From positions 1-64,000 of IMG/VR virus record IMGVR_UViG_3300028177_000003: a stretch of DNA of 64,000 nt; one strand, written 5' to 3'. This DNA is from a virus. This document shows positions 1 to 10,134 of the stretch, piece by piece. The notes beneath the pieces are model-generated. The model was not told the DNA's origin. It made no database searches and saw nothing but the letters and a program-made list of their open reading frames with translations. Each line of letters begins with the position of its first letter. Within the stretch, counting starts at the first letter, position 1. The position numbers were made by a program, and so were the translations under genes.

Positions 1-3000
1 CCCAACCATGTAGGGGATCTGCACATCCCCGGAGTCGTCAGCGGCCTCACCCTTCAGACAGGGGAGCTTAGTCGGCTTGCGGTCCGTGTTGACGAACTGC
101 ACCTCTCCCTCGATACAGGTAAGGGGTGACGGAGGCATCTGTCCGAACATGTTCTGCAGAGGGAGGATGAAGGCGTCGTCCCGAGTGGGCAAGGAGTTGT
201 CGATGAACTCGCCCGTTCGCTTACCCACCTTGAGGTCAAACTGGATGCGATAGTCAGGAATCCCCGCCGCCGCCGCCGCTGTCTCCTCGATGGTTGGAGC
301 GGCGGTGTCGTCCGGGATTTCTGCCTCGGGGACTACAGGGGGTCCCACGAACACAGTGTCGCCGCGACCAGTGCCGTCAGAAACGAGGTCTTGCAAGAGG
401 ATCGTCTCGTTGACGAAGACCCCCGAGCCCGCCAGGTTTGAACCCGTGTTGTCCTGCAAAGTGAGCACGCAACCCACCAGAGGAGCACCCACGTACACTC
501 CGTTCCCGTCCTTGTCGGACAACTCGTACACGGAGCCGTCCGGTGTCCCGAACTGGATGCGATCGTTCTCCTCGAACCCCGGAGTGGAGAGGTCTGGGTC
601 TCCTGTGAAGACGGACGGGATAGTCCCGTTGGCCGGGAGAGGGTCATAGATGAGTTGCGAGATATCGGGGTAGCCCGTGACCGGATCCACCGGGAACTCC
701 CCCAGTGGCATCGGAGTCGCAATCATCGTCGCGATGCCCGCTGTGGTCACTCCCAGAGCGGTGTCCATAGCAGCGGGGAGACCGTCTGGGTAGTAGCCCC
801 AGATGCGCGCCCGTGCAAGACGGTTTGACGCGAGAACCTCTACGATGTTGCTGATGTCTCCCAGAGCCGGGTTGGCAATCTTGCCGATGGCCGTCTTCCT
901 CGTCTTGATAATCTGGGTGGTGACTTCGCCGGGTTCGGGTCCTGGCGAGGGGATCTTGCGTCCTGAGGAATAGAAGCCTGCGTCGGTGAACCCCGAGGCA
1001 GTAGACACCGCCTGCAAGCCGGGAAGGAGCCTCGAGAAGTGCGTGGACCGCTCCGGGAACAACCGCGAGTAGATGTGGGCCTGCCACATGTCCTTGAACA
1101 GGCCGGGCACGAACAGACTCGGAAACAGAGCAGCGAACCCCCTGAAACGTGCGAAGCCGATCAAAAGCCGATCGTCCATGTCGTTCTTGATGTACTTGCG
1201 CTGCTGATCCGTGAAGAACCGGAGAATGTGCGGATTAGGCACAATGCCGTCAGTCTCCCCCGGCTTGTTGACTGCGTCCTTCTCCACGGCTGTGAGGGGA
1301 TCGTATGCGGGGTCCTCCTCGGTGTAGTACCCAATGCCCAGGTCTGCTTCGGCCCAGGCGTCCACGACGTAGCGCCAGATAAGACGAGGCGAGATGTCCC
1401 CGGTGATCTGATCCTCGTAGCCGGGGCGCACGTACCGCTTGTTCCGGCCGATGAAGAACCGGAACTTGCCGTCTCGGTCTCCGATGATGCGTCCGTCGAT
1501 CGCCTCGAGCACCTGTTCGAACGAGAGGATCACCCCGTTGTACAGCTCGATGAACGACCGTGCCGCTCGGTCCAGGTCCTTTAGGTCACGGACTTCTCCC
1601 CGAAGACCCAGCACGCCCTGCGTGGAGTTGTCTGGAAGCCCTGGGAAGGCAACGGAGGCCCCGCTGGACCGGTTTGAGGATGCGTTCGCAAGCGCGACCC
1701 CCGCCACATCACCCAGGTAGTCCACCAGCGTGAGCGTCTCGTAGTAGAAGCTGTCCGGACTGGCGTAGGTCAGCTTGGCCGTGAGCGTAGAGCCCAGAAT
1801 CCGGTTGCTCGCGGACGGGTAGGTGGCGAACAGGTACTTCGCATAGAACGAGGGCGCCAGGATGGCTGCCTCGTCTACCACCGGCTGGACTGTTCGCAGG
1901 GCGGTGTATGTGGCTACCAGGCTTTCTGTCTTCTTCAGACCCTTCTGGTTGGGGTCGATGAAGTCAACGGCCCCTGTGGACGGGTCCGTCTGATAGTGCA
2001 CTCCCTCCACGAGCTCCCTTCCGGGAAGTTCTGTGCCCGAGGCGTCCAGAGTACCCAGCAAGTAGAGGTCGAATGCCTCGGCCAGCAAGTACGCGCTGAT
2101 GCCTGCAAACGACACTGGGAGAGACCCGTACACTGGGCGGGCGGAGACACGCACTGTGTCTGTGCTGGAGTAGCCCTTGTACAGGGTGGTGGACACCTTG
2201 ATGTGGGTGTAGCGCCCGTCCTCGGAAAGGGACGTGTCTACGATGAAGTACGGGTAGCCCCCGACCTCCAGCAGATGGTCAACCTTGGTGTACGCCGTCA
2301 TGTCCCCGTAGAACACGAACTCGGTCTGCCCCCTGTCGGCATCCAGCATCGGGGTGGAGGACGTGTTCACTGAGAGGAGGAAGCCCTCCGAACCCCCGCC
2401 CGCGACCGGAGCTGCGGGGTCCACAGTGATAGCTACGGGACTTGAGCTCCTTGTGAAGACGGCGTCGTTGCCCGGAGACCTACTACCAGCTTCCTCAAGA
2501 GGTGGAGGCCAGAACGCAGCAGTCGTGATGTCGGTTCCAGCATCGTAGCTGACGGACTTGACGTAGAAGGGGACTGGCCCCAGCGAGACCAACTGGCCTA
2601 CCCCAAGCTCGTCAGTCCTGTCTCCCTCGAAGGTCGAAGAGGTGGCGTCGGCCTCAATGAAGAACGGCTTCCGGTAGACCGGGAGTGTTGAGACCTGGTA
2701 CGCCTGCTCGCCGCCGAAGGCCTCCAGAACACCATAGTTGATTTTGACGGTATCTGTAGCCGCCACTGCCCCTACAAAAGAGAGGACTCCATCGGCGATA
2801 GTGACCTGGGTTGGACCCCCGAAGTTCTGAAGCTCTACTCCCACCCAGACGAAGGAGGTCACGGCGGATGAGAGCGTGCGGCTTGTGGGGTTGTACGTGT
2901 ACGTGTATGCGTCTACCAGGGTCGCCTCTTCCAGCCGCACAATGAGAGGCAGATACTCAGTGATGAGTGTTGTGTTGCCCGCGTCGTCCAGGACTGCGTC

Positions 3001-6000
3001 GCCGTCGGTGTCGGCCTGGTAGTAGGCAGCCTCTACGATCTGGAACTCTCGCAAGGGCTTGCTGAAGTAGATGGCCCCGTTCATCGGGCTAACGGTCACG
3101 TCGAGCCTGCGCTCCGTGACCATCTGCTCCACAAAGTAGGCTGTGAGGTCGACGTGGGTTCCCAGGTCTGTGCTGGAGAGGTTCAACAGGCCATCGGAGG
3201 TGTTGATTTCGCAGGTGCCTGCCGCCAGTGACGTCGGGTCCAGGAAGAGCTGGTCGTAGTAGACAGTCTCCGCCTCAAAGCCCGAGAGCACGTCAGCAGC
3301 GAACCGCACCTCTCCGTCGATGGAACCGGAGCTCCCGTCCTTGCCGACTTCAATCTCCCCGGCTGCGATGGTCCCGGAGAAGGTGTCCACCAGGGTCATA
3401 TTTCCCAAGCTGGTGCTGTACTTTTGAGCACCGACTCGGATCTGGAAGTAGCCCGTAGCCCCCGAGGTAGTGAAGTGGGAGTCCGTAAGATCTACCAGAG
3501 TGATCCCCGTGGCCGCCAGGGTCCCCAGGTCTGTTCCTGCAGTCAGGTAGCTCACTGTAGCGGAAGAGGCTCCTACAGCGAGTCCGAAGCGAATGGCCAC
3601 CGGGCGGTTGCTGGCCACAGCGTCCGCTGCAAAAACGGAGAGAGTGTCCGTCCCGATGACCCCAGCCGACGAGAGCAGCCTAATCTGGAAGGGCTCTTCC
3701 TTGTAGTGGCTGAAGGGAACCCGCTGCACGTCGGCGATGATGGTGGGGTCGTAGACCGAACCCAGCTGCCCCTCCAGCACCCTCCAGGACACTCCGCTTC
3801 CCGCAACTGGGAAGGCTGGGGACACACCGAACTCGGCGACGCTGCTCACGAGCGCCTTCGATGTAACCGTGTACAAGCCCTTTGCGTCTCCGTTGATCAC
3901 CTGGAGACGGTCCCCTACATCGACAGCATCCCGCAAGGCGATCTGCAGAGCATCGTTTTGAGTAGCGTCAGTAGACAGCACGGGGTTGGAGAAGGGCCCG
4001 GTTCCAGCCGCGAAGGATCCACCCCCGCCTGAGGCTACAGTCCCTCCCTCTGGGGAGATCAGGTACGCCTGTCCCGGAGCCCCGTCCGACGGCATCACGA
4101 AGTCCTGGCTCCGAGTCTGCTCGTTGTATGTGATGGTGCCGGCTTCCTTCAGATACAGCCCGTACCCTGTGCCCGTAGGAGCCATCGCATCGGAGGAGAG
4201 AGTCTCTGGAATGACGTTTGTGTTCTCCAGCTGCAGGACAGATGTCGGTGTGAGCACTGACGTGCTTGAGAACTCTCCCTTTTCGGTCCACTGGAACCTG
4301 CCGTTGACCCAGTCGTACTTGACTCCGATGCCCTGGGTGGTCCCATAGTTGGAGAGCCGGATGAGGTTCAGGCCCAGACTGCAACGAAAGTGAACCCCGT
4401 CGTCGTATCCGGGGATGTCTTCCAGTGGCGGGTTGCTGATGGCAATGAAGGGGCCGGCAGGCACGTTGTTAGTAAGCAGCTCGTTGTTGAACAGTCCAAC
4501 TGCCTTGATGTCCGCCTTCTGGTTTGACCTGTCCAGGTTCTCCGGACTCCGGAACAGACCGATGCTGGCCCCGTTGTCGGGCTGCCACCGGAATGCGTCG
4601 CCTCCGACACCGTAGTCCACCCGCCAGCCTGGCAAGAACCCAAGGGCTGCGTGGCCGGACAGGTCGTTCGGGTCCTCGTTCCAGCCGATCTCCACAGAGC
4701 CCGAAGCTGGGGTGTCGGCTTCGATGTACACTCGTCCTCGCACAACGCCTGCGGTTCCCGCGCCTGTCATGAAGGTATTCAAATCATCGGCGATCTGCTG
4801 CGCGGTGAAAGTGCCTGCGTTCAGGTTCGTCGCCGCAAGCCAGATGTACGTGTCGGCGTCCACCTTGAAGCGCAAGACCTCGCTGCCCGTGAGCACATAG
4901 TCCTCGCCGAACCGGGCATAGAGCCGAGCCGTGTCCGAAAAGACGGAAGGTGTGACCTGGGCCGACGCAAAGTAGAGAGCGTCGCCCCGCAACCCTCGCC
5001 GCTTCAACTGCACCCGGGACAGTCCTGCGTGATTGCCTCCCCCGACAGGATCAGGCACTACGTTGACCGTCTCCATCTTCGAGGTCACCGCCTCGGTCTT
5101 CTTCACGCGGATTTTGAGGACGGGGATGTCCGTCTCAAACTCCACCACCTCCAGGTTTGGGATCGCTCTGGAGGTCGCAAAGAGGAAGGTGTCGCCGATC
5201 CCCTGGGGCTTTCGTACCAGCCCGCTGCCGTTGGGGCGAGCATTCGGAGAGTAGGGAGCCGTGGTGAGGTTCGGGGAATCCCCTGTCTCGTCAGGAACGT
5301 AGAGAATCCCCGCGCTGCCTGGAGGGGGCAGAGCTACTGCTCTCTGAATGTAGATGTCTCCGAAGGTCTGGACCCCGAACCCGCTGGGGCCGTCGTCCCC
5401 CTCCAGGGGCTGGCCATCCTCGTCGATGCACGGCAACGGGTTCATCCCGGACACCGGCTGCGTACTCATAGAGACGCCGTCGTAGAAAATGGACGCCTCC
5501 AGATAGGCGATGTCGTATCCGGTCTCTCCCGGCTGAGCCTTCTTGATGTCGGCGTCTGACAGAACGATCTTGCCCGTAGAGCGCGACCAGTGGAACTCTC
5601 CCTCCGTCACCGCCGAGGGGGAAGCAGGCAAAGCCGCGTCGTTGTCCTGCGGCACCGGGGTCAGGTGTCTGCGAAAGCCCAGTCGGACGAAGGGCCTCTC
5701 TGTAGGTCCCGGGATAGGCGCCAGAACGGGGAAGCCCAGGCTCGAGTCCGTTGCCAGATCGGCCAGCTTGCCCAGGTCACCGTCGTTGTTCGGATTGAAC
5801 GACTCCGGGTTGTACCAGAGGGTGATGCCCACGTTGGTGGCAGAGTAGGTCGGGTTGACCAGAACGATGCCGTTGTTCACGCCTACAATGGCTTCGTAGG
5901 TGTTGTAGGGGGAGCCTGTGGGGTAGGTGCTTTCCGTGTCTACGTCCGCCACTACGCCCACCTTCACGGGCACGGACGTGGCATCGGAATACACCCCCGC

Positions 6001-6837
6001 TCGGATAAGAGCGAAGGCGTCTGGGGTTAGGGGGTCTCCGGGAAGGATGTCCCCGATAGAGAACCGAGTCACCGGAGGGGTGAGCGCGTAGGTCTGGTCG
6101 GGGTCTTCAAGGATCGCGCCCAGGTTCTGAGGCTGCGACCCCTTGTACGGGGCCCAGCGGTTCTTGTCCCCGTCCCAGCCGAACCGCAGTGTGTCCGCGT
6201 CGTTTCGCGACCACCAGAAGGTCGGGCCGGAAAGGATGTAGGACACCGTCAGGATCACATCCCTTCGCGCTGTCGAGAAGCCTCCGTCCAGACCTGTAAT
6301 CGGCGCGAGGGTAGCAGCGTCCAGGACTACCTTGCCGATGAGAGGGTCCTGAGGTGACTCAAACGCGCACGTGACGATAGCCCCGGTGTCTCCGCGTCGG
6401 ATGTACATGTCCGTGACGCTATCCAGGTCCCGACCTCCTGAGTCCTTGACGTAGAAGGTCTTGGTTCCGTCGGTGTAGGTTGCTGCAGGAGTAGCCGTCA
6501 CCGTCAAGGTGCCTGCGGCTGCGGTGACATAGCTCACGTCACCGGCGATCTTGAATGCGTCGGACACTACTGTGGAGAACGACCCGGTTGTCGCGGCCCA
6601 GATCATGTACTCGTCGGTGCCCGCCCGGTCGTCGGGTCGTTGCAGCACCGCTGCTCGATACATGTCCGCGTAGGGCTCCACCGGACGCGTGACGGTGATG
6701 GCGTAGCCTGCAGCCAGTAGCTCCGCCTCCGAGACGTGGTCCCGACTCACTCCAGAGGTTGCCTCACCTGTGGACGTGGAGTTGCCAGAGGCACTGCGGG
6801 CTGGTCTTAGTACATATCCGGACAGGTCAAAGCTCAA
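1..6837 (-). CDS. Giant virion structural protein (baseplate/tail-associated), >2279 aa, truncated by the left window edge
   Basis: Manual translation from TTG at 6837 (MSFDLSGYVLRPARSASGN...), overlapping the upstream TGA, found no stop down to position 1. Thr/Gly/Ser/Val-rich, beta-type composition; last gene of the baseplate operon. Not in the ORF track because its stop lies outside the window. Confidence 0.8.
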   Translation of the reverse strand, partial: MSFDLSGYVLRPARSASGNSTSTGEATSGVSRDHVSEAELLAAGYAITVTRPVEPYADMYRAAVLQRPDDRAGTDEYMIWAATTGSFSTVVSDAFKIAGDVSYVTAAAGTLTVTATPAATYTDGTKTFYVKDSGGRDLDSVTDMYIRRGDTGAIVTCAFESPQDPLIGKVVLDAATLAPITGLDGGFSTARRDVILTVSYILSGPTFWWSRNDADTLRFGWDGDKNRWAPYKGSQPQNLGAILEDPDQTYALTPPVTRFSIGDILPGDPLTPDAFALIRAGVYSDATSVPVKVGVVADVDTESTYPTGSPYNTYEAIVGVNNGIVLVNPTYSATNVGITLWYNPESFNPNNDGDLGKLADLATDSSLGFPVLAPIPGPTERPFVRLGFRRHLTPVPQDNDAALPASPSAVTEGEFHWSRSTGKIVLSDADIKKAQPGETGYDIAYLEASIFYDGVSMSTQPVSGMNPLPCIDEDGQPLEGDDGPSGFGVQTFGDIYIQRAVALPPPGSAGILYVPDETGDSPNLTTAPYSPNARPNGSGLVRKPQGIGDTFLFATSRAIPNLEVVEFETDIPVLKIRVKKTEAVTSKMETVNVVPDPVGGGNHAGLSRVQLKRRGLRGDALYFASAQVTPSVFSDTARLYARFGEDYVLTGSEVLRFKVDADTYIWLAATNLNAGTFTAQQIADDLNTFMTGAGTAGVVRGRVYIEADTPASGSVEIGWNEDPNDLSGHAALGFLPGWRVDYGVGGDAFRWQPDNGASIGLFRSPENLDRSNQKADIKAVGLFNNELLTNNVPAGPFIAISNPPLEDIPGYDDGVHFRCSLGLNLIRLSNYGTTQGIGVKYDWVNGRFQWTEKGEFSSTSVLTPTSVLQLENTNVIPETLSSDAMAPTGTGYGLYLKEAGTITYNEQTRSQDFVMPSDGAPGQAYLISPEGGTVASGGGGSFAAGTGPFSNPVLSTDATQNDALQIALRDAVDVGDRLQVINGDAKGLYTVTSKALVSSVAEFGVSPAFPVAGSGVSWRVLEGQLGSVYDPTIIADVQRVPFSHYKEEPFQIRLLSSAGVIGTDTLSVFAADAVASNRPVAIRFGLAVGASSATVSYLTAGTDLGTLAATGITLVDLTDSHFTTSGATGYFQIRVGAQKYSTSLGNMTLVDTFSGTIAAGEIEVGKDGSSGSIDGEVRFAADVLSGFEAETVYYDQLFLDPTSLAAGTCEINTSDGLLNLSSTDLGTHVDLTAYFVEQMVTERRLDVTVSPMNGAIYFSKPLREFQIVEAAYYQADTDGDAVLDDAGNTTLITEYLPLIVRLEEATLVDAYTYTYNPTSRTLSSAVTSFVWVGVELQNFGGPTQVTIADGVLSFVGAVAATDTVKINYGVLEAFGGEQAYQVSTLPVYRKPFFIEADATSSTFEGDRTDELGVGQLVSLGPVPFYVKSVSYDAGTDITTAAFWPPPLEEAGSRSPGNDAVFTRSSSPVAITVDPAAPVAGGGSEGFLLSVNTSSTPMLDADRGQTEFVFYGDMTAYTKVDHLLEVGGYPYFIVDTSLSEDGRYTHIKVSTTLYKGYSSTDTVRVSARPVYGSLPVSFAGISAYLLAEAFDLYLLGTLDASGTELPGRELVEGVHYQTDPSTGAVDFIDPNQKGLKKTESLVATYTALRTVQPVVDEAAILAPSFYAKYLFATYPSASNRILGSTLTAKLTYASPDSFYYETLTLVDYLGDVAGVALANASSNRSSGASVAFPGLPDNSTQGVLGLRGEVRDLKDLDRAARSFIELYNGVILSFEQVLEAIDGRIIGDRDGKFRFFIGRNKRYVRPGYEDQITGDISPRLIWRYVVDAWAEADLGIGYYTEEDPAYDPLTAVEKDAVNKPGETDGIVPNPHILRFFTDQQRKYIKNDMDDRLLIGFARFRGFAALFPSLFVPGLFKDMWQAHIYSRLFPERSTHFSRLLPGLQAVSTASGFTDAGFYSSGRKIPSPGPEPGEVTTQIIKTRKTAIGKIANPALGDISNIVEVLASNRLARARIWGYYPDGLPAAMDTALGVTTAGIATMIATPMPLGEFPVDPVTGYPDISQLIYDPLPANGTIPSVFTGDPDLSTPGFEENDRIQFGTPDGSVYELSDKDGNGVYVGAPLVGCVLTLQDNTGSNLAGSGVFVNETILLQDLVSDGTGRGDTVFVGPPVVPEAEIPDDTAAPTIEETAAAAAGIPDYRIQFDLKVGKRTGEFIDNSLPTRDDAFILPLQNMFGQMPPSPLTCIEGEVQFVNTDRKPTKLPCLKGEAADDSGDVQIPYMVG

Positions 6838-7097
6838 GAGACTTCCTTATCCGAAGACGGCGAAGGTTCGGGTGCTGGTTCCGGAACCGAAGGAGGGGCT
6901 ACAACCATGGAACCCTTCTCAAAGTACAGACCAGCGATGAACCCGATGAGCATCGCGAAGGTCTCAGAGATACTCTCCCCGTGGAACTCGCGGTAACAGG
7001 CGATAAACACGACGGCAAGAGCGATAATCGCACGCACCCACTGCAGGAAGATGGTCTGCCCTTCTCGCTCCATGGCTGCTTGAAAGGTCTTGTTCAC
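6834..7097 (-). CDS. Small two-TM membrane protein (holin-like)
   Basis: 87 aa with two hydrophobic stretches (WVRAIIALAVVFIACY; TFAMLIGFIAGLYF) and a Pro/acidic tail; stop overlaps the next start. Confidence 0.5.
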   Translation of the reverse strand: MNKTFQAAMEREGQTIFLQWVRAIIALAVVFIACYREFHGESISETFAMLIGFIAGLYFEKGSMVVAPPSVPEPAPEPSPSSDKEVS

Positions 7098-7133
7098 CCG
7101 AGTATTCCCAGAGGATGGGCCCTGGGCAGCTGA

Positions 7134-7709
7134 TTAGACCAGGGCGGAGATAGAAGTCCCGGAACTCGGAATAGGTCCGGCACCTCCGGTAGCCGTTCCG
7201 GCACCGTTCCCGTTGTCAAGCATAGCCGCGATACCGTTCCCGCATCCCTTCGCGAAGGAGATGCCCATCGTGCCTGTGATGTTCGCGGCTGCCAGGTTCC
7301 TAATGATGGCTGCGACCAGGGTAGCCGAGTTGGTGAAGCTCACGCTGGACACGTCCGCTCCGATAGCCCCTGCTGCTGTGCCCTTATACTGGGCGGAGGC
7401 GTTGAGAGCGTTGGCAACCCCGACCGCTATAGCCGTGGCCATCTGAGGCGCCAGAGAGCCAGAGAGGCCCGCTGCAGAGAACGCCTGGGTCACCTTCCCC
7501 GGAGCCGCAATGACGGTGAACTTGCCCAGGACCGAACCCCCTCCCACGAAACCGGAGACCGTCCCCTTGACCAGGACGTTCGACTGCTTGGTAGCCCAGG
7601 AAGCTACAGAGGTTCCGACTGCCTTCGCGAGCTCTACCCACAAGGTGCCTGTGAGGGAGGGGCCCGCTGCCAAGATAGCTGAGGTGATTGCTGAGCCGAC
7701 AATGGCCAT
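7134..7709 (-). CDS. Gly/Ala-rich virion protein following the spike gene
   Basis: Likely start MAIVGSA at 7709, 1 nt after the upstream TAA; small-residue-rich; position after the spike gene. Confidence 0.6.
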   Translation of the reverse strand: MAIVGSAITSAILAAGPSLTGTLWVELAKAVGTSVASWATKQSNVLVKGTVSGFVGGGSVLGKFTVIAAPGKVTQAFSAAGLSGSLAPQMATAIAVGVANALNASAQYKGTAAGAIGADVSSVSFTNSATLVAAIIRNLAAANITGTMGISFAKGCGNGIAAMLDNGNGAGTATGGAGPIPSSGTSISALV

Positions 7710-7710
7710 C

Positions 7711-10131
7711 TTAGCTCCCCACCGTGAAGGTAGAGACCCCCAGAGCTCCTGAGTTCTTGTGGGAACGGCTCGTGATAGGGTTGATGCATCCATCGGTGAT
7801 AACAGCCCCCTGGAACGGAGTTGGGGTGTTGATCTTCACGGAGGCAGCCTTCAACGTGATTTGCGAGGTAGCCTGGACCAGCGCTGTGGTGCTGCCCTTC
7901 AAGGTCGCCGACCCCTTGGTAGCCTTCACTGTCACGCTGCCCGCGTTCGCCACGAGCTCTACGCTCAGTGTGTCCAGATCAAGCCTGTTGTCTGATCCCT
8001 GGACGCCGGTAGCCAGGTGGATGCCCGAACCTTGCCCCACGGTGAACGGGGCAGTGCGCATCGAGAGTACATTGAAGGACCCGGTGTTGAGTACAGTGTC
8101 CTGTCGCCCCACCTTGAACAAGACGTTGCGCCCTCCGAAAGTGTACTCGAAGTCGTCCACCACCCCGCCGTCGCCGCCTGTGGCCGCCGTCGCGTTGAAG
8201 ACCATGGTGCGCGAGGGACCGTTTGACGACTTTGAATCCAGAGGTCCGGCGTAGGTGTACTCGGCCTTCCCGGTGACGGTGGTGCTTAGGGACTTCGCAG
8301 ACACGCTGAGAGTGTCGCTGGAGGAAAGCTGGAGCGCCGTGTTCGAGGTAATGCTGATGGTGTCGGCATCCTCTACCAGGATGTTCTGGCCCGCGATCTT
8401 GGTGGTGCCCACTGACTCCAGCAAGAGGGAAAGTGCACTGCGGACGACTACAGCGTTGCGGGTTGCCGCCGGGGTGAGGTTAGGGTCTGTGCTCGGTGAG
8501 CCGCTGCCCGTAGAAACGCCCCCGCCGCCGAAGATGGTCACTGCCCCGCCCTCGGACCGGAAGTCAAGCCCGACGTTGTCGGACTGGCGCCCCTTTCCCG
8601 TGCCTCGGATGCAGATGGTCCCCTCGGCTTCAAGCAGATAGCTCAAGCCGTCTCGGTCTTGCCCCAGGTTTACTTGCTTCCCTGTCTGGAAGAACTCCTG
8701 GTGCCCCTTAGAGCCCGTGCCTGGGAAGTAGGATCGGAAAGCGCCGCCCTTCGTGATAGCCATGAAGGCGGCAGGAGCCTTCGGATCAGTCGGGTTGCGC
8801 ACCCGGACCAAAAACGCAGCATGGTCGGTGACTGGAGAGGTCGGGGTGGCTGCTCGAACACCCGGTGCGAACTTGCCGTCCTTGTTGAACAGAGACACCA
8901 CCATCGGTCGTCCGTATGAGGAGCGGTCGTTGTGTGGGTCATTTCCGATGGCGGTGCCCAGGACGAACTCGACCATGGCCTCGTTCGGGGAGCGATTGTT
9001 CGGGTTGGCATCGCCCGTGCCGTCGGTTCCAGCGCTGGGCGGACTGGGCAGCAGCCTGTCGATGTCCACCCCGTCTGTCTGCTCCGTTACGGGCAAGCGC
9101 CCGTCCGAGGTGTGGGCCACCTCGATCCGCCACTCAGTGAACACATCTGCGTCGTCGGCCAGCAGTCCGTTGAGGGGCTTGCCGTTCTGAGCTGAGTCTA
9201 CCGAGACCCGGTACATAGGCTTGCCGCCATAGACGGCGTCTGGACGCACCTGGGAGTCGTACATCCGGCCCTGATCGTCCACATACAGTCCTCGCGCCAG
9301 AACATCCTGGGGCGACACGGAACCCATGCGCAGTCCCGCATCGAAGACAGGGTCTGGGGTGAGGAGGCCGTTGTCGGAGCTGCGGGGGAAGCTGGACGGC
9401 GCCAGCGTGTTCCCCTCGCTGTCCAGTTGCTTATTCGCAGCCCAGTCTACAGAGTCTCCGAACATCTGGGTCGGAAGAAGTGTAGAGTCGCGCTGGACCA
9501 TGCCCCCGTACAGGCGGACGCCTGCTCCAGCATGAAAGCGCTGAAGACTGCGGGTGACCAGAGCTTGGTCCTGGTCGCGGAGGATGATCTCGTTCCCACG
9601 CCGGTTTGAGAGAGTGACGCTCTCGTTGAGATGTAGATCGGACCCCTGGGAGGAAGACCCCACCACGTTGCCCGCCTCCATTTGCCGCATCTTGTGTCTA
9701 CGTCGACCGAAGGTTCCTGCGAGCACCTGCCTCATCGCCGGGGTCATGTTGATTTCGTCACTGCCCGTGGCAGATGTCATCAACCAGTCGTAGCCCGCAC
9801 CTGTGCCGGGAACCAGCCACCCCACGATGTAAGGCTGTCGCGAAGACCCAGACTCTGACGGGGAGTACCCCACTACGCAGAGGTCGTTCACATCGGGGAT
9901 AGCCCCCAGAAAGTGGCGAGCTCCTGCGTTGGCAAAGGTCAGGGAGACGTTTTCGTGAGGGTCCCCGTCTCCGGTCAAGCAGTAGATGGACACGGTCATC
10001 CGCTTCGGGTCAACCCGCGTCACCTTCGCAATCCTCAGAGGATACTCAGTGCCGTCGCCTCCGGCCCGACGCTTGCGCATCTTGTTGGGTCGGAGCTTCC
10101 GTCGCATTGACGCTGCAGTTTCGGCAGGCAT
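7711..10131 (-). CDS. Baseplate central spike protein (gp5/VgrG/GpV-like)
   Basis: N-terminal OB-fold-like segment (IAKVTRVDPKRMTVSI...GAIPDVNDLCVVGY); C-terminal beta-helix-like S/T/V/I periodicity; follows the hub gene. Confidence 0.65.
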   Translation of the reverse strand: MPAETAASMRRKLRPNKMRKRRAGGDGTEYPLRIAKVTRVDPKRMTVSIYCLTGDGDPHENVSLTFANAGARHFLGAIPDVNDLCVVGYSPSESGSSRQPYIVGWLVPGTGAGYDWLMTSATGSDEINMTPAMRQVLAGTFGRRRHKMRQMEAGNVVGSSSQGSDLHLNESVTLSNRRGNEIILRDQDQALVTRSLQRFHAGAGVRLYGGMVQRDSTLLPTQMFGDSVDWAANKQLDSEGNTLAPSSFPRSSDNGLLTPDPVFDAGLRMGSVSPQDVLARGLYVDDQGRMYDSQVRPDAVYGGKPMYRVSVDSAQNGKPLNGLLADDADVFTEWRIEVAHTSDGRLPVTEQTDGVDIDRLLPSPPSAGTDGTGDANPNNRSPNEAMVEFVLGTAIGNDPHNDRSSYGRPMVVSLFNKDGKFAPGVRAATPTSPVTDHAAFLVRVRNPTDPKAPAAFMAITKGGAFRSYFPGTGSKGHQEFFQTGKQVNLGQDRDGLSYLLEAEGTICIRGTGKGRQSDNVGLDFRSEGGAVTIFGGGGVSTGSGSPSTDPNLTPAATRNAVVVRSALSLLLESVGTTKIAGQNILVEDADTISITSNTALQLSSSDTLSVSAKSLSTTVTGKAEYTYAGPLDSKSSNGPSRTMVFNATAATGGDGGVVDDFEYTFGGRNVLFKVGRQDTVLNTGSFNVLSMRTAPFTVGQGSGIHLATGVQGSDNRLDLDTLSVELVANAGSVTVKATKGSATLKGSTTALVQATSQITLKAASVKINTPTPFQGAVITDGCINPITSRSHKNSGALGVSTFTVGS

Positions 10132-10134
10132 GTT

